Source: Bacteroidales bacterium
GTDB taxonomy: Bacteria > Bacteroidota > Bacteroidia > Bacteroidales > UBA12077
NCBI GenBank assembly: GCA_028282585.1
Contig: JANQHR010000047.1
Span: forward strand, 84,732 to 148,731
DNA length: 64,000 nt
Direction: 5' to 3'
Part shown: one piece after another, positions 1-10,338 of the stretch
How positions within the stretch are numbered: position 1 is the first letter of the stretch
Layout of the letters: each line of letters starts with the position of its first letter
Notes under the pieces: model-generated
What the model saw: the letters and a program-made list of their open reading frames with translations, nothing else
The model's database searches: none
What the model was told of the DNA's origin: nothing
Translations under genes and position numbers: made by a program

Positions 1-437
1 GAAAGTGTCAATAACATCTTCCTAAAGTTTTCAGCCTGTAATGAAGATCGTTTGTCAAAAACTCCGGAAATTTTAGTTAGACCATCGATAATAGATGCAA
101 TCTTTTCACCAAAAAGATGTTCAATATCGTCCAACGTATATTCAGTATCTTCAACTACATCGTGAAGTAATGCACATGCAATGGATACAGCACCTAAACC
201 AATTTCTGAAGTTACAATTTTAGCTACTTCAACAGGATGAACAATATATGGTTCTCCAGATTTACGTTTAACACCCTTATGTGATTCTTTAGCTAAATCA
301 AAAGCTTTACGAACAAGTTTTAAATCCTTTTTTTTGACATGCTGTGAGCAGCTCGCGACCAAATCCTCATACAATTTTTCTGCATAAGCGTCTTCGTCGG
401 TTATATCGGTCTTTATATCGGTAATTATGCCACTCAT
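1..437 (-). CDS. relA: RelA/SpoT family (p)ppGpp synthetase/hydrolase, N-terminal part (runs off the window edge)
   Basis: Not in the ORF track. Manual translation from ATG at 437 gives MSGIITDIK...KAFDLAKESHKGVKRKSGEPYIVHPVEVA...ACALLHDVVEDT...QAENFRKMLLTL, with the RSH HD-domain motifs RKSGEPY, LHDVVEDT and AENFRKML. Confidence 0.93.
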   Translation of the reverse strand, partial: MSGIITDIKTDITDEDAYAEKLYEDLVASCSQHVKKKDLKLVRKAFDLAKESHKGVKRKSGEPYIVHPVEVAKIVTSEIGLGAVSIACALLHDVVEDTEYTLDDIEHLFGEKIASIIDGLTKISGVFDKRSSLQAENFRKMLLTL

Positions 438-459
438 AGCTATACTTTAAAGTGTACTG

Positions 460-467
460 CAAAGTTA
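460..467 (-). promoter_or_regulatory. Bacteroidota sigma70-type -7 box (TAACTTTG) for relA
   Basis: Matches the TAnnTTTG consensus about 23 nt upstream of the start codon. Confidence 0.55.
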
Positions 468-505
468 GTGAAAATTTGATGAATTACGTTCCAGGAGCGA
501 TACTA

Positions 506-1978
506 TTATGGATAGATAACCACAACATTTCCCCTTTGTTCAACGGTTTGCCCGTTTTCTGTCGTTAATTTTACATAATATATATACGCACCTGTCGGAG
601 CAGAGTTACCGTTGGCTTCAGTTCCATTCCAGGGTTTGGAATAATCGGAAGTCTCGAATAACGTATTTCCCCATCGATTAAAAATCTTTAATACGTAAGA
701 ACTAGGAATAAAACTAAACATGGGTTTGAACTCATCATTTGTTCCGTCTCCGTTTGGTGTGAAAACTTCAGGGATGTAAACTTTTGGTTTCAAATACACA
801 CACGCAATATTAGATTGGCTATAATCATCAGAAGGAGTTCCTGGTTCCAGAGCTAGTACATAATAACAAAACTGTGTGTAGTTTTGATAATCTTCTATAT
901 TATCATCAAAATTATTAGAATTATTATCACTAATTAATTCAGGATCAAGATTATTAATAACTCTGTAGATTTTATAATCAATGAATGAACCCTCCTTAAA
1001 TTCATTCCAATTAAGTGAGTTATCAAACAACCTATTATCTATTTCAAGTAAAATATTATTGATAACATCAGAATTTGTAGTTTCAATACCGCATTCATTT
1101 AAAGAGATCAGTTTATAATAATAAATGGAGTTATTTGGGTCTACGTTGGCATCTAAAGCAGTAATTGTTGATGATGTAGTGGTGATTGTTTCCAGTGTAT
1201 CGTAATTCCCTGCAGGTGAATCTGACCGTAACAGTCTATACGTGTCCAATTCAGATGCTGGGTCTATTTCAAATTTCAGATTAATTTCTGATCCATTAGT
1301 TGAGGCAACTGTAGCATTTATGTATGAAGGACTTAACAACATTTCTGTATAAATATCATTGGAATTTGACGATGATCTGGACGAAAAAGCATGTTGTGGA
1401 ATCAAGTTTATAAAAAAACTATAATTGGTATTTGGATTAACATTTTCAGCAGTATACGTTTTAACATCCGAACTGAATTGACCTAATAGTTGTGGAGCGC
1501 CACCTTCTTCAATTTGATAGACTTCATAACTGTTTACTGTTATATCACCTTCATCATAAATATTATTTACATATATGGTCCAGTTTAAATTTATTTGCGA
1601 ATTACAAGAATCGAATACTGAAGTAAGATATGTGGTTGGAAACCTTTCCGAATCATAACCATCTGATTCGGCTCTTAATTTATAAATCCTGACCATTGTA
1701 TCAGCATTAGCGGTAAAATCAATATAGTTTGTAATTGAAGTGTCTGTCATAGTTGCAATAAGCTCCCATTCAGGAGATTGACTAGTAGGTGGTATTTTGT
1801 TTCTATAAATGAATACATCAGAAGAATCTTGTAATTCCCAATTTAAATAAACATTACCTGTACCGCTTAATACACTAACCTCTTGTAAAATTGGAGGATC
1901 AAGATTTAGCTGAGCATTAAGTTGACCAAAGTAACAAGCAGATGTTAGAAATATTATAACCCTTAATAATTTTTGCAT
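506..1978 (-). CDS. Secreted FN3-like repeat protein with gliding-motility-associated C-terminal (T9SS type B sorting) domain
   Basis: C-terminus YIPEVFTPNGDGTNDEFKP...IFNRWGN..FET...WNG...PTGAYIY is the CHU_C-type signature. The signal peptide MQKLLRVIIFL...AQ favours ATG 1978 over the track start at 2026. Confidence 0.85.
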   Translation of the reverse strand: MQKLLRVIIFLTSACYFGQLNAQLNLDPPILQEVSVLSGTGNVYLNWELQDSSDVFIYRNKIPPTSQSPEWELIATMTDTSITNYIDFTANADTMVRIYKLRAESDGYDSERFPTTYLTSVFDSCNSQINLNWTIYVNNIYDEGDITVNSYEVYQIEEGGAPQLLGQFSSDVKTYTAENVNPNTNYSFFINLIPQHAFSSRSSSNSNDIYTEMLLSPSYINATVASTNGSEINLKFEIDPASELDTYRLLRSDSPAGNYDTLETITTTSSTITALDANVDPNNSIYYYKLISLNECGIETTNSDVINNILLEIDNRLFDNSLNWNEFKEGSFIDYKIYRVINNLDPELISDNNSNNFDDNIEDYQNYTQFCYYVLALEPGTPSDDYSQSNIACVYLKPKVYIPEVFTPNGDGTNDEFKPMFSFIPSSYVLKIFNRWGNTLFETSDYSKPWNGTEANGNSAPTGAYIYYVKLTTENGQTVEQRGNVVVIYP

Positions 1979-2173
1979 AAAAAAACAGATATATTCTAAT
2001 AACGAAAATACAAAGATTAATCCCAAATTTGATATTTAAACTACAAATTTGCTCTTCAGGGTGACGAAACTTTCTCTGGAAACTCTCGTCAGGATCAACC
2101 CCAACAATGAAAGTAAACTATTTTTTATTTTCATTCGCTGGAATGTTGCTAAAGACTAAACGATATTTTTTGG

Positions 2174-3460
2174 TTAATCGTATTTCCCCACAATAGTTCT
2201 CGCCAGTGTATCTTCGTGTAAATAGGTATTAGCAATAGCTATAATTTCATCTGGTGTGATTGATTTTATTGTTTCAATTTGTTTCTTGTAATAGTTTAAG
2301 TCCAGCTCAAGCTCAATAACCGGTTTAAAAGATGATGCAATCTCAAATGCTCCATCAATTGAACGTAATAAATCTCCCAGCATATAATTTTTGACTAGTT
2401 GTAGTTCTTCATCAGAAACAGCATCTTCCCGAAGTTTTTTAACTTCAGCTAAAATATCTTCTATAGCTACTTTGGTAACATTAGCACCTACCTCAGAAAG
2501 AATTACAAAATAACCTGTGTTCTTAAATGATACTAACACAGAGTTAATTCCGTAAGTGTAACCTTTGTGCTCGCGAATTTTTTTCATTAAGCGAGACCCA
2601 AAATAACCACCAAGTATAGTATTCACCACATTTAACCTATGATAATCAGAATGGTCATTGTTTATAATTATTTTTCCAAGTCTTATAGCAGATTGTGTTA
2701 CATCCTTTTTCTCAACAATAAATTCCTTTTTTAAAAGTTTTGGAAAATCAAAACGTGGATTTTTAATTTCGGTTTGATCATTCCATTGATCTTTCCCGAA
2801 ACGTTGATTTATAAGCTGTATATCTTTATCGTCAACCTTTCCTGATATGATAATTTTACAATTATTAGAATTATAAAACTTTTTATGGAAATCTAATAAA
2901 TCCTTTTTTGAGATATTATCATAATCTTTAATTTGAACTTTGGCTCCATAAGGATGGTTTTTACCAAATAGTTGTTCGTTAAACTCGCGACGAGCCAAAT
3001 TAGTAATTTTCTCAAGTTCAATTAGAAACTTTTGTTTGTGTTTGGCTAAATAGGTATCTAGTTCATTTTCTGGAAATGTTGGATATTTAATTATTTCTTC
3101 AAGGATGTTTATTGTTTCCGGCAAATATTTTTTTAAGGTATACAAAGCAATATTAGCAAAATCTTTGGTCGGTTGCGGATGAATAAAAGCACCGTAAAAA
3201 TCCAGCTTTTCTGCTATTTCCTGAGAAGATAAGTTTTGTGTACCTTCAAGCAACATTTCGTTAGTTGTTCTTGAAATTGTAGGTTTAGTCTGATACCAGT
3301 TACCGGCATTAAATTGTATGTCAATTTTAATAATATCTTGAGTGCCTGCATTTATTACATAAGTTGGGATTCCGTTGTCAAGGTTTAAAATAGCTGGAAC
3401 AGGAATGTTTATGTTATTAATGGTTCTATATTCCGGGTGTACTTTTCTGTTTAAATTCAT
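2174..3460 (-). CDS. M16B (pitrilysin/insulinase family) peptidase, non-catalytic partner subunit
   Basis: M16 C-terminal motif LGGYFGSRLMKKIREHKGYTYG with the R/Y pair; no HXXEH. Confidence 0.85.
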   Translation of the reverse strand: MNLNRKVHPEYRTINNINIPVPAILNLDNGIPTYVINAGTQDIIKIDIQFNAGNWYQTKPTISRTTNEMLLEGTQNLSSQEIAEKLDFYGAFIHPQPTKDFANIALYTLKKYLPETINILEEIIKYPTFPENELDTYLAKHKQKFLIELEKITNLARREFNEQLFGKNHPYGAKVQIKDYDNISKKDLLDFHKKFYNSNNCKIIISGKVDDKDIQLINQRFGKDQWNDQTEIKNPRFDFPKLLKKEFIVEKKDVTQSAIRLGKIIINNDHSDYHRLNVVNTILGGYFGSRLMKKIREHKGYTYGINSVLVSFKNTGYFVILSEVGANVTKVAIEDILAEVKKLREDAVSDEELQLVKNYMLGDLLRSIDGAFEIASSFKPVIELELDLNYYKKQIETIKSITPDEIIAIANTYLHEDTLARTIVGKYD

Positions 3461-3463
3461 TTT

Positions 3464-4702
3464 TTAATTTTTAGGAAGATAATAAAGAGTAGAAGAGTTC
3501 TCGGTTTTAAATAATTTGGACGCTACTTTTACGATTTCTCCTCGTTGCACACTTCTGTATTTATCAATTTCCTGGTTAATTAGCTCAGCATCTTCTAATA
3601 ATTCAAAATATGATAGACTCATTGCTTTATTAAGTGCACTTAATTGACTAAACTGATATACAGATTCGAATTTATTTTTCACTTTTTCCATCTCATAATC
3701 CGTGAAATTTCCATCAATAATCTGATTCAGTTCGGATTTAATAGCCTCTTCAGCTTCTTCAAATCCTACTTTTTCCATTAATTTGCCGGTAATAATAAAT
3801 AATCCAGGATCTATATCACCAGTAATATAGGCATTTATTTCACTGAATAATCTTTTATTTTTAACCAGATTTTGGTATAATCTGGAAGATTTCCCATTGG
3901 CTAAAAGGTCAGATATTAAGTCAGTTATATAGTATTCTTTTTTATATTTAGAACTCATGTGAAAAGCTTTGTAAACTGCTTTAAAAGGAACATTTCTTTC
4001 AACTGTTAAAGTTCTTGCTTCTTTTTGTAGTGATTCTTTTTGAAGATTTCTTGATTCAATGTTTCTTTCAGGAATATCTGAAAACCATTTTTCTGCAAGT
4101 AAGCGAACTTCTGATTTTGTAACATTTCCAGCTACACAAACAATTGCATTGTTAGGTGCATAATGATGGTTAAAAAAGTCCTTTACATTAGTTAAATCGG
4201 CATTTTTAATATGAGTAATATCTTTACCAATAGTTGGCCATTGATAAGGATGTAATTTATATGCTAAAGGTCTGAGTAATAAAAATGCATCTCCGTAAGG
4301 TTGATTCAAATATCTTTGATTAAATTCTTCAATTACTACATTTTTTTGAATTTCTAATTTTCTATCTGAGAAATCCAAACCTAACATTCTATCAGATTCC
4401 AGCCAGAAGGCGGTTTCCATATTTTCTTTTGGAACTGTAATGTAATAATTGGTGATATCGTTGGATGTAAATGCGTTATTCTCTCCACCAACTTGTTGAA
4501 GTGGGTTATCGTATGATGGAATGTTCTTACTTCCTTCAAACATAAGATGCTCAAACAAATGTGCAAAACCAGTACGGTTAGGATTTTCATCGCGTGAACC
4601 AACATTATACAAAACATTAAATGCGACAATGGTTGTAGATGGATCATTATGAACTATAAATCTTAAACCATTATCCAACGTAAATTTTTCAAATTTTATC
4701 AT
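3464..4702 (-). CDS. M16B zinc peptidase, catalytic subunit
   Basis: Inverted zinc motif in TGFAHLFEHLMFEGS and NAFT motif; paired with the adjacent inactive M16 gene. Confidence 0.9.
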   Translation of the reverse strand: MIKFEKFTLDNGLRFIVHNDPSTTIVAFNVLYNVGSRDENPNRTGFAHLFEHLMFEGSKNIPSYDNPLQQVGGENNAFTSNDITNYYITVPKENMETAFWLESDRMLGLDFSDRKLEIQKNVVIEEFNQRYLNQPYGDAFLLLRPLAYKLHPYQWPTIGKDITHIKNADLTNVKDFFNHHYAPNNAIVCVAGNVTKSEVRLLAEKWFSDIPERNIESRNLQKESLQKEARTLTVERNVPFKAVYKAFHMSSKYKKEYYITDLISDLLANGKSSRLYQNLVKNKRLFSEINAYITGDIDPGLFIITGKLMEKVGFEEAEEAIKSELNQIIDGNFTDYEMEKVKNKFESVYQFSQLSALNKAMSLSYFELLEDAELINQEIDKYRSVQRGEIVKVASKLFKTENSSTLYYLPKN

Positions 4703-4841
4703 ACTTTCAAATTGAATCAGAATACAAACATATATAATTAACAGATAGGATATAAGTTGTTCAGATAAATGTTGATTAATTTAAAGGATTTTGTAAAAAA
4801 ATGTTTTTTTTTACAGACTTGTAAAATAAACCGAAAAATTT

Positions 4842-6620
4842 ATGGTAGTTATTTCATCATTGATAAAACGTTTCTTGATTTGGCGGGTTAAAAAGATCGA
4901 TGATAGAAAGTTTATGATATTTTTAAGTATTTTAGTTGGTATAGTTGTTGGATTAGCTGCCGTAATAATTAAAAATTCAGTTCATTTAATACAAAATCTG
5001 CTAACCAATGATTTTGCTCTTCAGTATCATAATTATATGTATTTTGCGTACCCGGCGATTGGAATTTTTCTGGTATACATTTTTACAAAGTTTATAATAA
5101 AAAGATCTGTCGGACATGGTATTCCTACGACGCTTTATGCGATTTCTAAAAATAATGGAAAAATTAGGCAACATAATATGTTTTCCTCTATTGTTACAAG
5201 TGCATTGACCGTAGGATTTGGCGGTTCTGTTGGATTAGAGGGACCGACCGTTGCGACAGGAGCTGCATGGGGGTCAAATATTGGAAGGTTTTTTCATTTG
5301 AATTACCGGCAGGTGCTATTATTGTTAGCTTGCGCCGGAGCAGGAGCAATGTCGGCAATTTTTAAAGCTCCAATTGCAGCCATTGTTTTTGTTCTGGAGG
5401 TTATAATGTTAGATTTAACCCTAGCTTCCTTATTACCACTGTTATTTGCTTCAGTATCTGCAGCTATTACTTCTTATTTGTTTTTGGGAATGGATGTGTT
5501 ATACCCCATACAGGTTGTTGAAAAGTTTAATATTAATGAAATTCCATATTACATTTTACTAGGGATTTTAGCTGGCTTAGTATCTGTTTACTTTACCAGA
5601 GTTTACAGATTTTTACAGAACTGGTTTGATAAACAAAAGAATAGTTTTTACAGATGGGCAGTGGGTGTTTCAGCACTTGGAATATTGATTTTCTTCTTTC
5701 CTTCTTTATATGGTGAGGGCTATGAAGCAATTAACGGTTGTTTAAACGGAACAAATGAACACTTATTTAACAATAGTATATTTTATAACTTACAAGATAA
5801 CATGATCTGGGTATTTGTTATTTTTATTCTGGTTATTTTATTTAAAGTTTTTGCTACAGCTTTTACTTTTGGTGCAGGAGGCGTAGGCGGAATTTTTGCA
5901 CCAACTTTATTTATTGGTGCAAATACAGGACTATTATTTGCTCAGGCAATTCAATATTTTGGATTAAAAAACTTATCATATAGCAATTTTGCTTTGGTTG
6001 GAATGGTTGGGTTAATTGCAGGCGTTCTACATGCACCTTTAACCGCAATATTTTTAATAGCCGAAATTACAGGAGGTTATGGCTTGATCATGCCATTAAT
6101 GATAGGTGCAAGTGTTTCGTTTGCGACAACAAGAATCTTTGAAAGATATTCGGTTTATACATATCAATTAGCAAGAAGAGGTGAATTATTTACCCATGAT
6201 AAAGACAAAGTTGTATTATCTATCTTAAAAGTTAGTAAATTAATCGAAACTAATTTTCTAACCATTCATGAGGATGCAACACTAGGAGATTTAGTGAAAG
6301 TAATTGCTAAATCAAAAAGAAATATTGTGCCGGTTATTGATAAAGATAACACATTATTGGGAATTGTTTTCATTAACGATATCCGTGAAATAATGTTCGA
6401 AAGAGAAAAATACGATTCTGTTTATGTTCATGAATTAATGTATATGCCATCACCCATTGTTACTCCTGATGAATCTATGGAAGATGTTGCAAAGAAATTT
6501 AAAATCTCGAATCATTATAATTTACCAGTGGTAGATAATGGCAAGTACGTTGGCTTTGTAAGCCGTGCAAATGTATTCTCAGCATATAGAAATTTACTGA
6601 AAAAGTTTTCGGAAGATTAA
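4842..6620 (+). CDS. CLC family chloride channel/transporter with tandem CBS domains (copy 1)
   Basis: Motifs GHGIP, GGSVGLEGP, GGVGGIFAP and HAPLTAIFLIAEITG; C-terminal CBS pair. Confidence 0.92.
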   Translation: MVVISSLIKRFLIWRVKKIDDRKFMIFLSILVGIVVGLAAVIIKNSVHLIQNLLTNDFALQYHNYMYFAYPAIGIFLVYIFTKFIIKRSVGHGIPTTLYAISKNNGKIRQHNMFSSIVTSALTVGFGGSVGLEGPTVATGAAWGSNIGRFFHLNYRQVLLLLACAGAGAMSAIFKAPIAAIVFVLEVIMLDLTLASLLPLLFASVSAAITSYLFLGMDVLYPIQVVEKFNINEIPYYILLGILAGLVSVYFTRVYRFLQNWFDKQKNSFYRWAVGVSALGILIFFFPSLYGEGYEAINGCLNGTNEHLFNNSIFYNLQDNMIWVFVIFILVILFKVFATAFTFGAGGVGGIFAPTLFIGANTGLLFAQAIQYFGLKNLSYSNFALVGMVGLIAGVLHAPLTAIFLIAEITGGYGLIMPLMIGASVSFATTRIFERYSVYTYQLARRGELFTHDKDKVVLSILKVSKLIETNFLTIHEDATLGDLVKVIAKSKRNIVPVIDKDNTLLGIVFINDIREIMFEREKYDSVYVHELMYMPSPIVTPDESMEDVAKKFKISNHYNLPVVDNGKYVGFVSRANVFSAYRNLLKKFSED

Positions 6621-6659
6621 AAATTTCTATTAAAAGCTAATATAAAAATATCAATTGAT

Positions 6660-6667
6660 TAATTTTG
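6660..6667 (+). promoter_or_regulatory. -7 box (TAATTTTG) upstream of CLC copy 2
   Basis: TAnnTTTG match about 20 nt before ATG 6687. Confidence 0.5.
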
Positions 6668-6686
6668 CGTTTTAATTTCAACTTGA

Positions 6687-8477
6687 ATGTTTTCTTACAT
6701 TAATTTTAAACAACAAAGGTTTTCCAGAAGAATTCTTATCTGGAGAAATAAGAAGATCAGTGAACGTAATTTTGTACTTATCTTAAGTTTTTTTATAGGA
6801 ATATTAAGTGGATTAGCTGCCGTATTTTTGAAATCAGCCGTTCACTATACACACAATCGCTTAACAGAAGGATTTGAAGAAGGATTTAATTATACTTTAT
6901 TGATATTTCCTGTAATTGGTATTTTTCTAACCGTATTGTTTGTAAAATATGTGGTAAAGGATAAAATAGGACATGGTGTTTCACGCATCTTATATGCACT
7001 TTCTAAAAATAACGGACGATTAAGAGGTCATAATAGTTATTCATCAATAGTTGCAAGTACATTAACAATTGGTTTTGGAGGATCTGTTGGAGCTGAGGCG
7101 CCGATTGTATTAACAGGAGCATCAATTGGATCTACTTTAGGACATTACTTTAGGTTAAATTTTAAATCTATTGCGCTACTTTTAGCTTGTGGTGCAGCCG
7201 GAGCTATTGGAGGCATATTTAAAGCTCCGATAGCGGGAATGATATTTACCTTAGAAGTATTAATGCTAGATCTGACTTTAAAATCTATTGTTCCACTTTT
7301 GATTTCCTCGGTTACAGGTGCTACAATCGCTTATTTTTTAATGGGCGAGGGAGTTGTATTGTCTGTTATCAATACACAACCATTCGAATTACACAATATT
7401 CCTTTCTATATATTGCTTGGGTTATTGTGTGGCTTAGTATCATTTTATTTTACAAAAAGTACTATTTCAATAGAATCATCATTAAGCAAAATAAAAAATA
7501 CGTTTGTAAAGATTCTTATAGGTGGTGTTGTATTAGCTGGATTGATTTTTATATTTCCTTCTTTATATGGAGAAGGAAACCAAACTTTGCAATCATTGCT
7601 TAATGGTAATACAGATGGTATTCCAAAAGATAAGATTTTCTCGTTTGTATTACAGAATAATTGGTATGTGCTTATATATTTGGGACTACTTTTGTTATTT
7701 AAAGTAGTAGCAATGTCTTTTACTAACGGAACCGGGGGAGTTGGAGGGATTTTTGGTCCGACCTTGTTTGTTGGAGGTGTAACCGGTTATTGGCTTTCGT
7801 ATTTTATAAATTCACTTGGTTTTGTAAAGTTACCAGAGGGTAATTTTGCTTTGGTTGGAATGGCGGGATTAATGGCTGGTGTTATGCATGCACCTTTAAC
7901 GGCGATATTCCTAATAGCAGAAATTACCGGAGGTTATAGCTTGTTTATTCCTTTAATGATTACTTCAACTATAGCATATATTACTATACTTTGGTTTACC
8001 AGGCATTCTATTTATACACATAGATTAGCAGAAAGAGGAGAACTTTTAACTCATCATAAGGATGAAGTTGTGCTTACCTTAATGAAACTGGAAAGTATTA
8101 TCGAAAAAGATTTTGTACCAGTTGGTATTGAAGATTCTTTAGGCACACTGATAAAGGCCGTTTCAAAATCTAAGAGAAATATTTTTCCAGTCCTCAATAA
8201 TGAGGAGGAGCTGGTTGGAATTGTACTTTTGGATAATATTAGGGAAGTCATGTTTGAGCGTGAAAAGTATGATGAAACATTTGTGTCTGATGTGATGATC
8301 TCACCACCCGAAATTGTTAATGCAGAAGATAATATGGATAAGGTGATGAAGAAATTTACTTCATCAGGTGCATGGAATCTTCCTGTTTTAAAAGAAGGAA
8401 AATATTTTGGTTTCGTGTCAAAATCAAAAATATTTAATTCATATCGCGATGTTTTAGTTCAGGTTTCTGAATATTAA
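6687..8477 (+). CDS. CLC family chloride channel/transporter with CBS domains (copy 2)
   Basis: Motifs GHGVS, GGSVGAEAP, GGVGGIFGP and HAPLTAIFLIAE; CBS pair. Confidence 0.92.
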   Translation: MFSYINFKQQRFSRRILIWRNKKISERNFVLILSFFIGILSGLAAVFLKSAVHYTHNRLTEGFEEGFNYTLLIFPVIGIFLTVLFVKYVVKDKIGHGVSRILYALSKNNGRLRGHNSYSSIVASTLTIGFGGSVGAEAPIVLTGASIGSTLGHYFRLNFKSIALLLACGAAGAIGGIFKAPIAGMIFTLEVLMLDLTLKSIVPLLISSVTGATIAYFLMGEGVVLSVINTQPFELHNIPFYILLGLLCGLVSFYFTKSTISIESSLSKIKNTFVKILIGGVVLAGLIFIFPSLYGEGNQTLQSLLNGNTDGIPKDKIFSFVLQNNWYVLIYLGLLLLFKVVAMSFTNGTGGVGGIFGPTLFVGGVTGYWLSYFINSLGFVKLPEGNFALVGMAGLMAGVMHAPLTAIFLIAEITGGYSLFIPLMITSTIAYITILWFTRHSIYTHRLAERGELLTHHKDEVVLTLMKLESIIEKDFVPVGIEDSLGTLIKAVSKSKRNIFPVLNNEEELVGIVLLDNIREVMFEREKYDETFVSDVMISPPEIVNAEDNMDKVMKKFTSSGAWNLPVLKEGKYFGFVSKSKIFNSYRDVLVQVSEY

Positions 8478-8545
8478 CAATCTTTTCCTTTAATGTAAAA
8501 AAACGTTAAATTTATAGTGTTAAGTATAACCTTAGCCAGGATTTA

Positions 8546-10315
8546 ATGATAAAACAAACTCCTTTAATCAGGTTCTTAATTTGGAGAAAGCAAAATATAA
8601 GCCAGAGAAACTTTATACTTATTTTGAGTTTCATTGTTGGTCTGGCTGGCGGTATAGTAGCATTGATATTGAAAACCTCAGTATTTTATTTACATGAATT
8701 ATTATTACAGGATAAAGGTTTTGACGAATATAACTTATTGATGTTTATTTACCCGTTTATTGGAATAGCTATAACTTTCTTTTTTATTAAATACATTCTT
8801 CGAGATCCTATAAAACATAATATTGCTGCAATATTATATGCTATCTCAAAGCGAAATAGTTTAATGCGGGCCCATAAAATATTTTCTTCGATTTTAGGAG
8901 GTATACTAACTGCCGGATTTGGTGGTTCCATAGGATTGGAGTCGCCGATTATATCATCTGGTTCATCAATTGGTTCAAATGTTGGGCGAATTTTGAAATT
9001 AAGTTATAAAGAAGTTACTTTATTACTATCTTGTGGAGCAGCGGGAGCTATATCCGCTATATTTCATACTCCTTTGGCAGCAATCGTTTTTGCAATTGAG
9101 GTACTGCTTATAGATTTAACCCGATTTAGCTTAATTCCGCTTTTAATTGCTTCCGTAAGTGGGGCAATTGTAACCAATGTTTTCTTTCAGGATGAAATTT
9201 TATTTGAGTTTGTATTAAAGGATCCTTATCAAGTACAACATACCATCTTTTACATATTGCTTGGTATCTTAACAGGTTTGATATCAGTTTATTTCTCAAA
9301 GGTTTTTTTTAAAGTTGAAAGCTTAGCAAACAGACTTTCCGATATAAAAAGATTATTTCTTGGCGGAGCTATATTAGGAGTGATCCTCTTTTTATTTCCG
9401 CCGCTATATGGCGAAGGCTACCAAATAATTAAAGCAATATTTGCAGAAGATTTTTCTGCGGTCATGAAAACAAACCTGAACCTTGAATTATCAAATTATC
9501 AATGGTTCTTCTATTTCTTTTTCTTATCTCTTTTAATATTAAAAGCTTTTGCAACATCAATAACAATTACAAGTGGAGGAGTCGGTGGAATAATTGCTCC
9601 CTCTCTGTTTACGGGAGCCATTACGGGGATGTTATTTTCGCATAGTTTAAATTTATTAGGTCTGAATATTTCTGAAAGTAACTTTGCTTTAGTAGGAATG
9701 GCTGGTGTTTTAAGCGGGGTTTTACATGCCCCGTTAACAGGTATATTCCTAATTGCGGAAACTACAAAAGGATATGAGTTAATTGTTCCTTTAATGCTTG
9801 TGTCTACCATTTCTTTTGTAACAGTAAAGTTTTTTGAACCAAATTCGATATTTACAATTCAACTTGCCAAAAGAGGTGAGCTTATAACTCACCATAAAGA
9901 TAAAGCCGTACTTACATTTATGAAGTTAAAATCAGTTATTGAAAAAGATTTTACGACAGTTCATGTTAATTCTAATTTGGGTGATTTAGTAAAGTTGGTC
10001 TCAAAATCAAATAGAAATGTTTTTCCTGTAGTGGATGAAGATGGTATTTTAAATGGCATTATTTTAATGGATAATATCCGTGAAATTATGTTTGAACGCG
10101 AAATGTACGATACTACCAAAGTGAGTAACTTAATGATTTTACCTCCTGCTTATATAGGTTATAAAGATACTATGAAAGAGGTAATAGAAAAATTTGAGAC
10201 AACCAGGGCATGGAATTTACCCGTAATTGATAACGCAAGATATATTGGAATGGTTTCTAAATCAAAGCTTTTTTCTGCCTACCGAAATCTTCTTCTCGAA
10301 ATTTCTGATGAATAA
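8546..10315 (+). CDS. CLC family chloride channel/transporter with CBS domains (copy 3, most divergent)
   Basis: Motifs KHNIA, GGSIGLESP, GGVGGIIAP and HAPLTGIFLIAE; CBS pair. Confidence 0.9.
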   Translation: MIKQTPLIRFLIWRKQNISQRNFILILSFIVGLAGGIVALILKTSVFYLHELLLQDKGFDEYNLLMFIYPFIGIAITFFFIKYILRDPIKHNIAAILYAISKRNSLMRAHKIFSSILGGILTAGFGGSIGLESPIISSGSSIGSNVGRILKLSYKEVTLLLSCGAAGAISAIFHTPLAAIVFAIEVLLIDLTRFSLIPLLIASVSGAIVTNVFFQDEILFEFVLKDPYQVQHTIFYILLGILTGLISVYFSKVFFKVESLANRLSDIKRLFLGGAILGVILFLFPPLYGEGYQIIKAIFAEDFSAVMKTNLNLELSNYQWFFYFFFLSLLILKAFATSITITSGGVGGIIAPSLFTGAITGMLFSHSLNLLGLNISESNFALVGMAGVLSGVLHAPLTGIFLIAETTKGYELIVPLMLVSTISFVTVKFFEPNSIFTIQLAKRGELITHHKDKAVLTFMKLKSVIEKDFTTVHVNSNLGDLVKLVSKSNRNVFPVVDEDGILNGIILMDNIREIMFEREMYDTTKVSNLMILPPAYIGYKDTMKEVIEKFETTRAWNLPVIDNARYIGMVSKSKLFSAYRNLLLEISDE

Positions 10316-10338
10316 CATATAAAAAATATAAAATGTTA

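Noticed and set aside
2050-2092. Hammerhead ribozyme (CTGACGAG and CTGAAGAG on the minus strand)
   Set aside because: No stem II closing into C-GAAA and no properly placed stem III or cleavage triplet; the CTGACGA bases are tied up in a simple hairpin.
2174-4702. Pseudogenised M16 peptidase lacking HXXEH
   Set aside because: An active plus inactive pair is the normal M16B heterodimer arrangement.
4842-10315. Fluoride-specific CLC-F exporters
   Set aside because: The CLC-F signatures GNNLI, GREGT and GEVTP are absent, and I saw no fluoride riboswitch.
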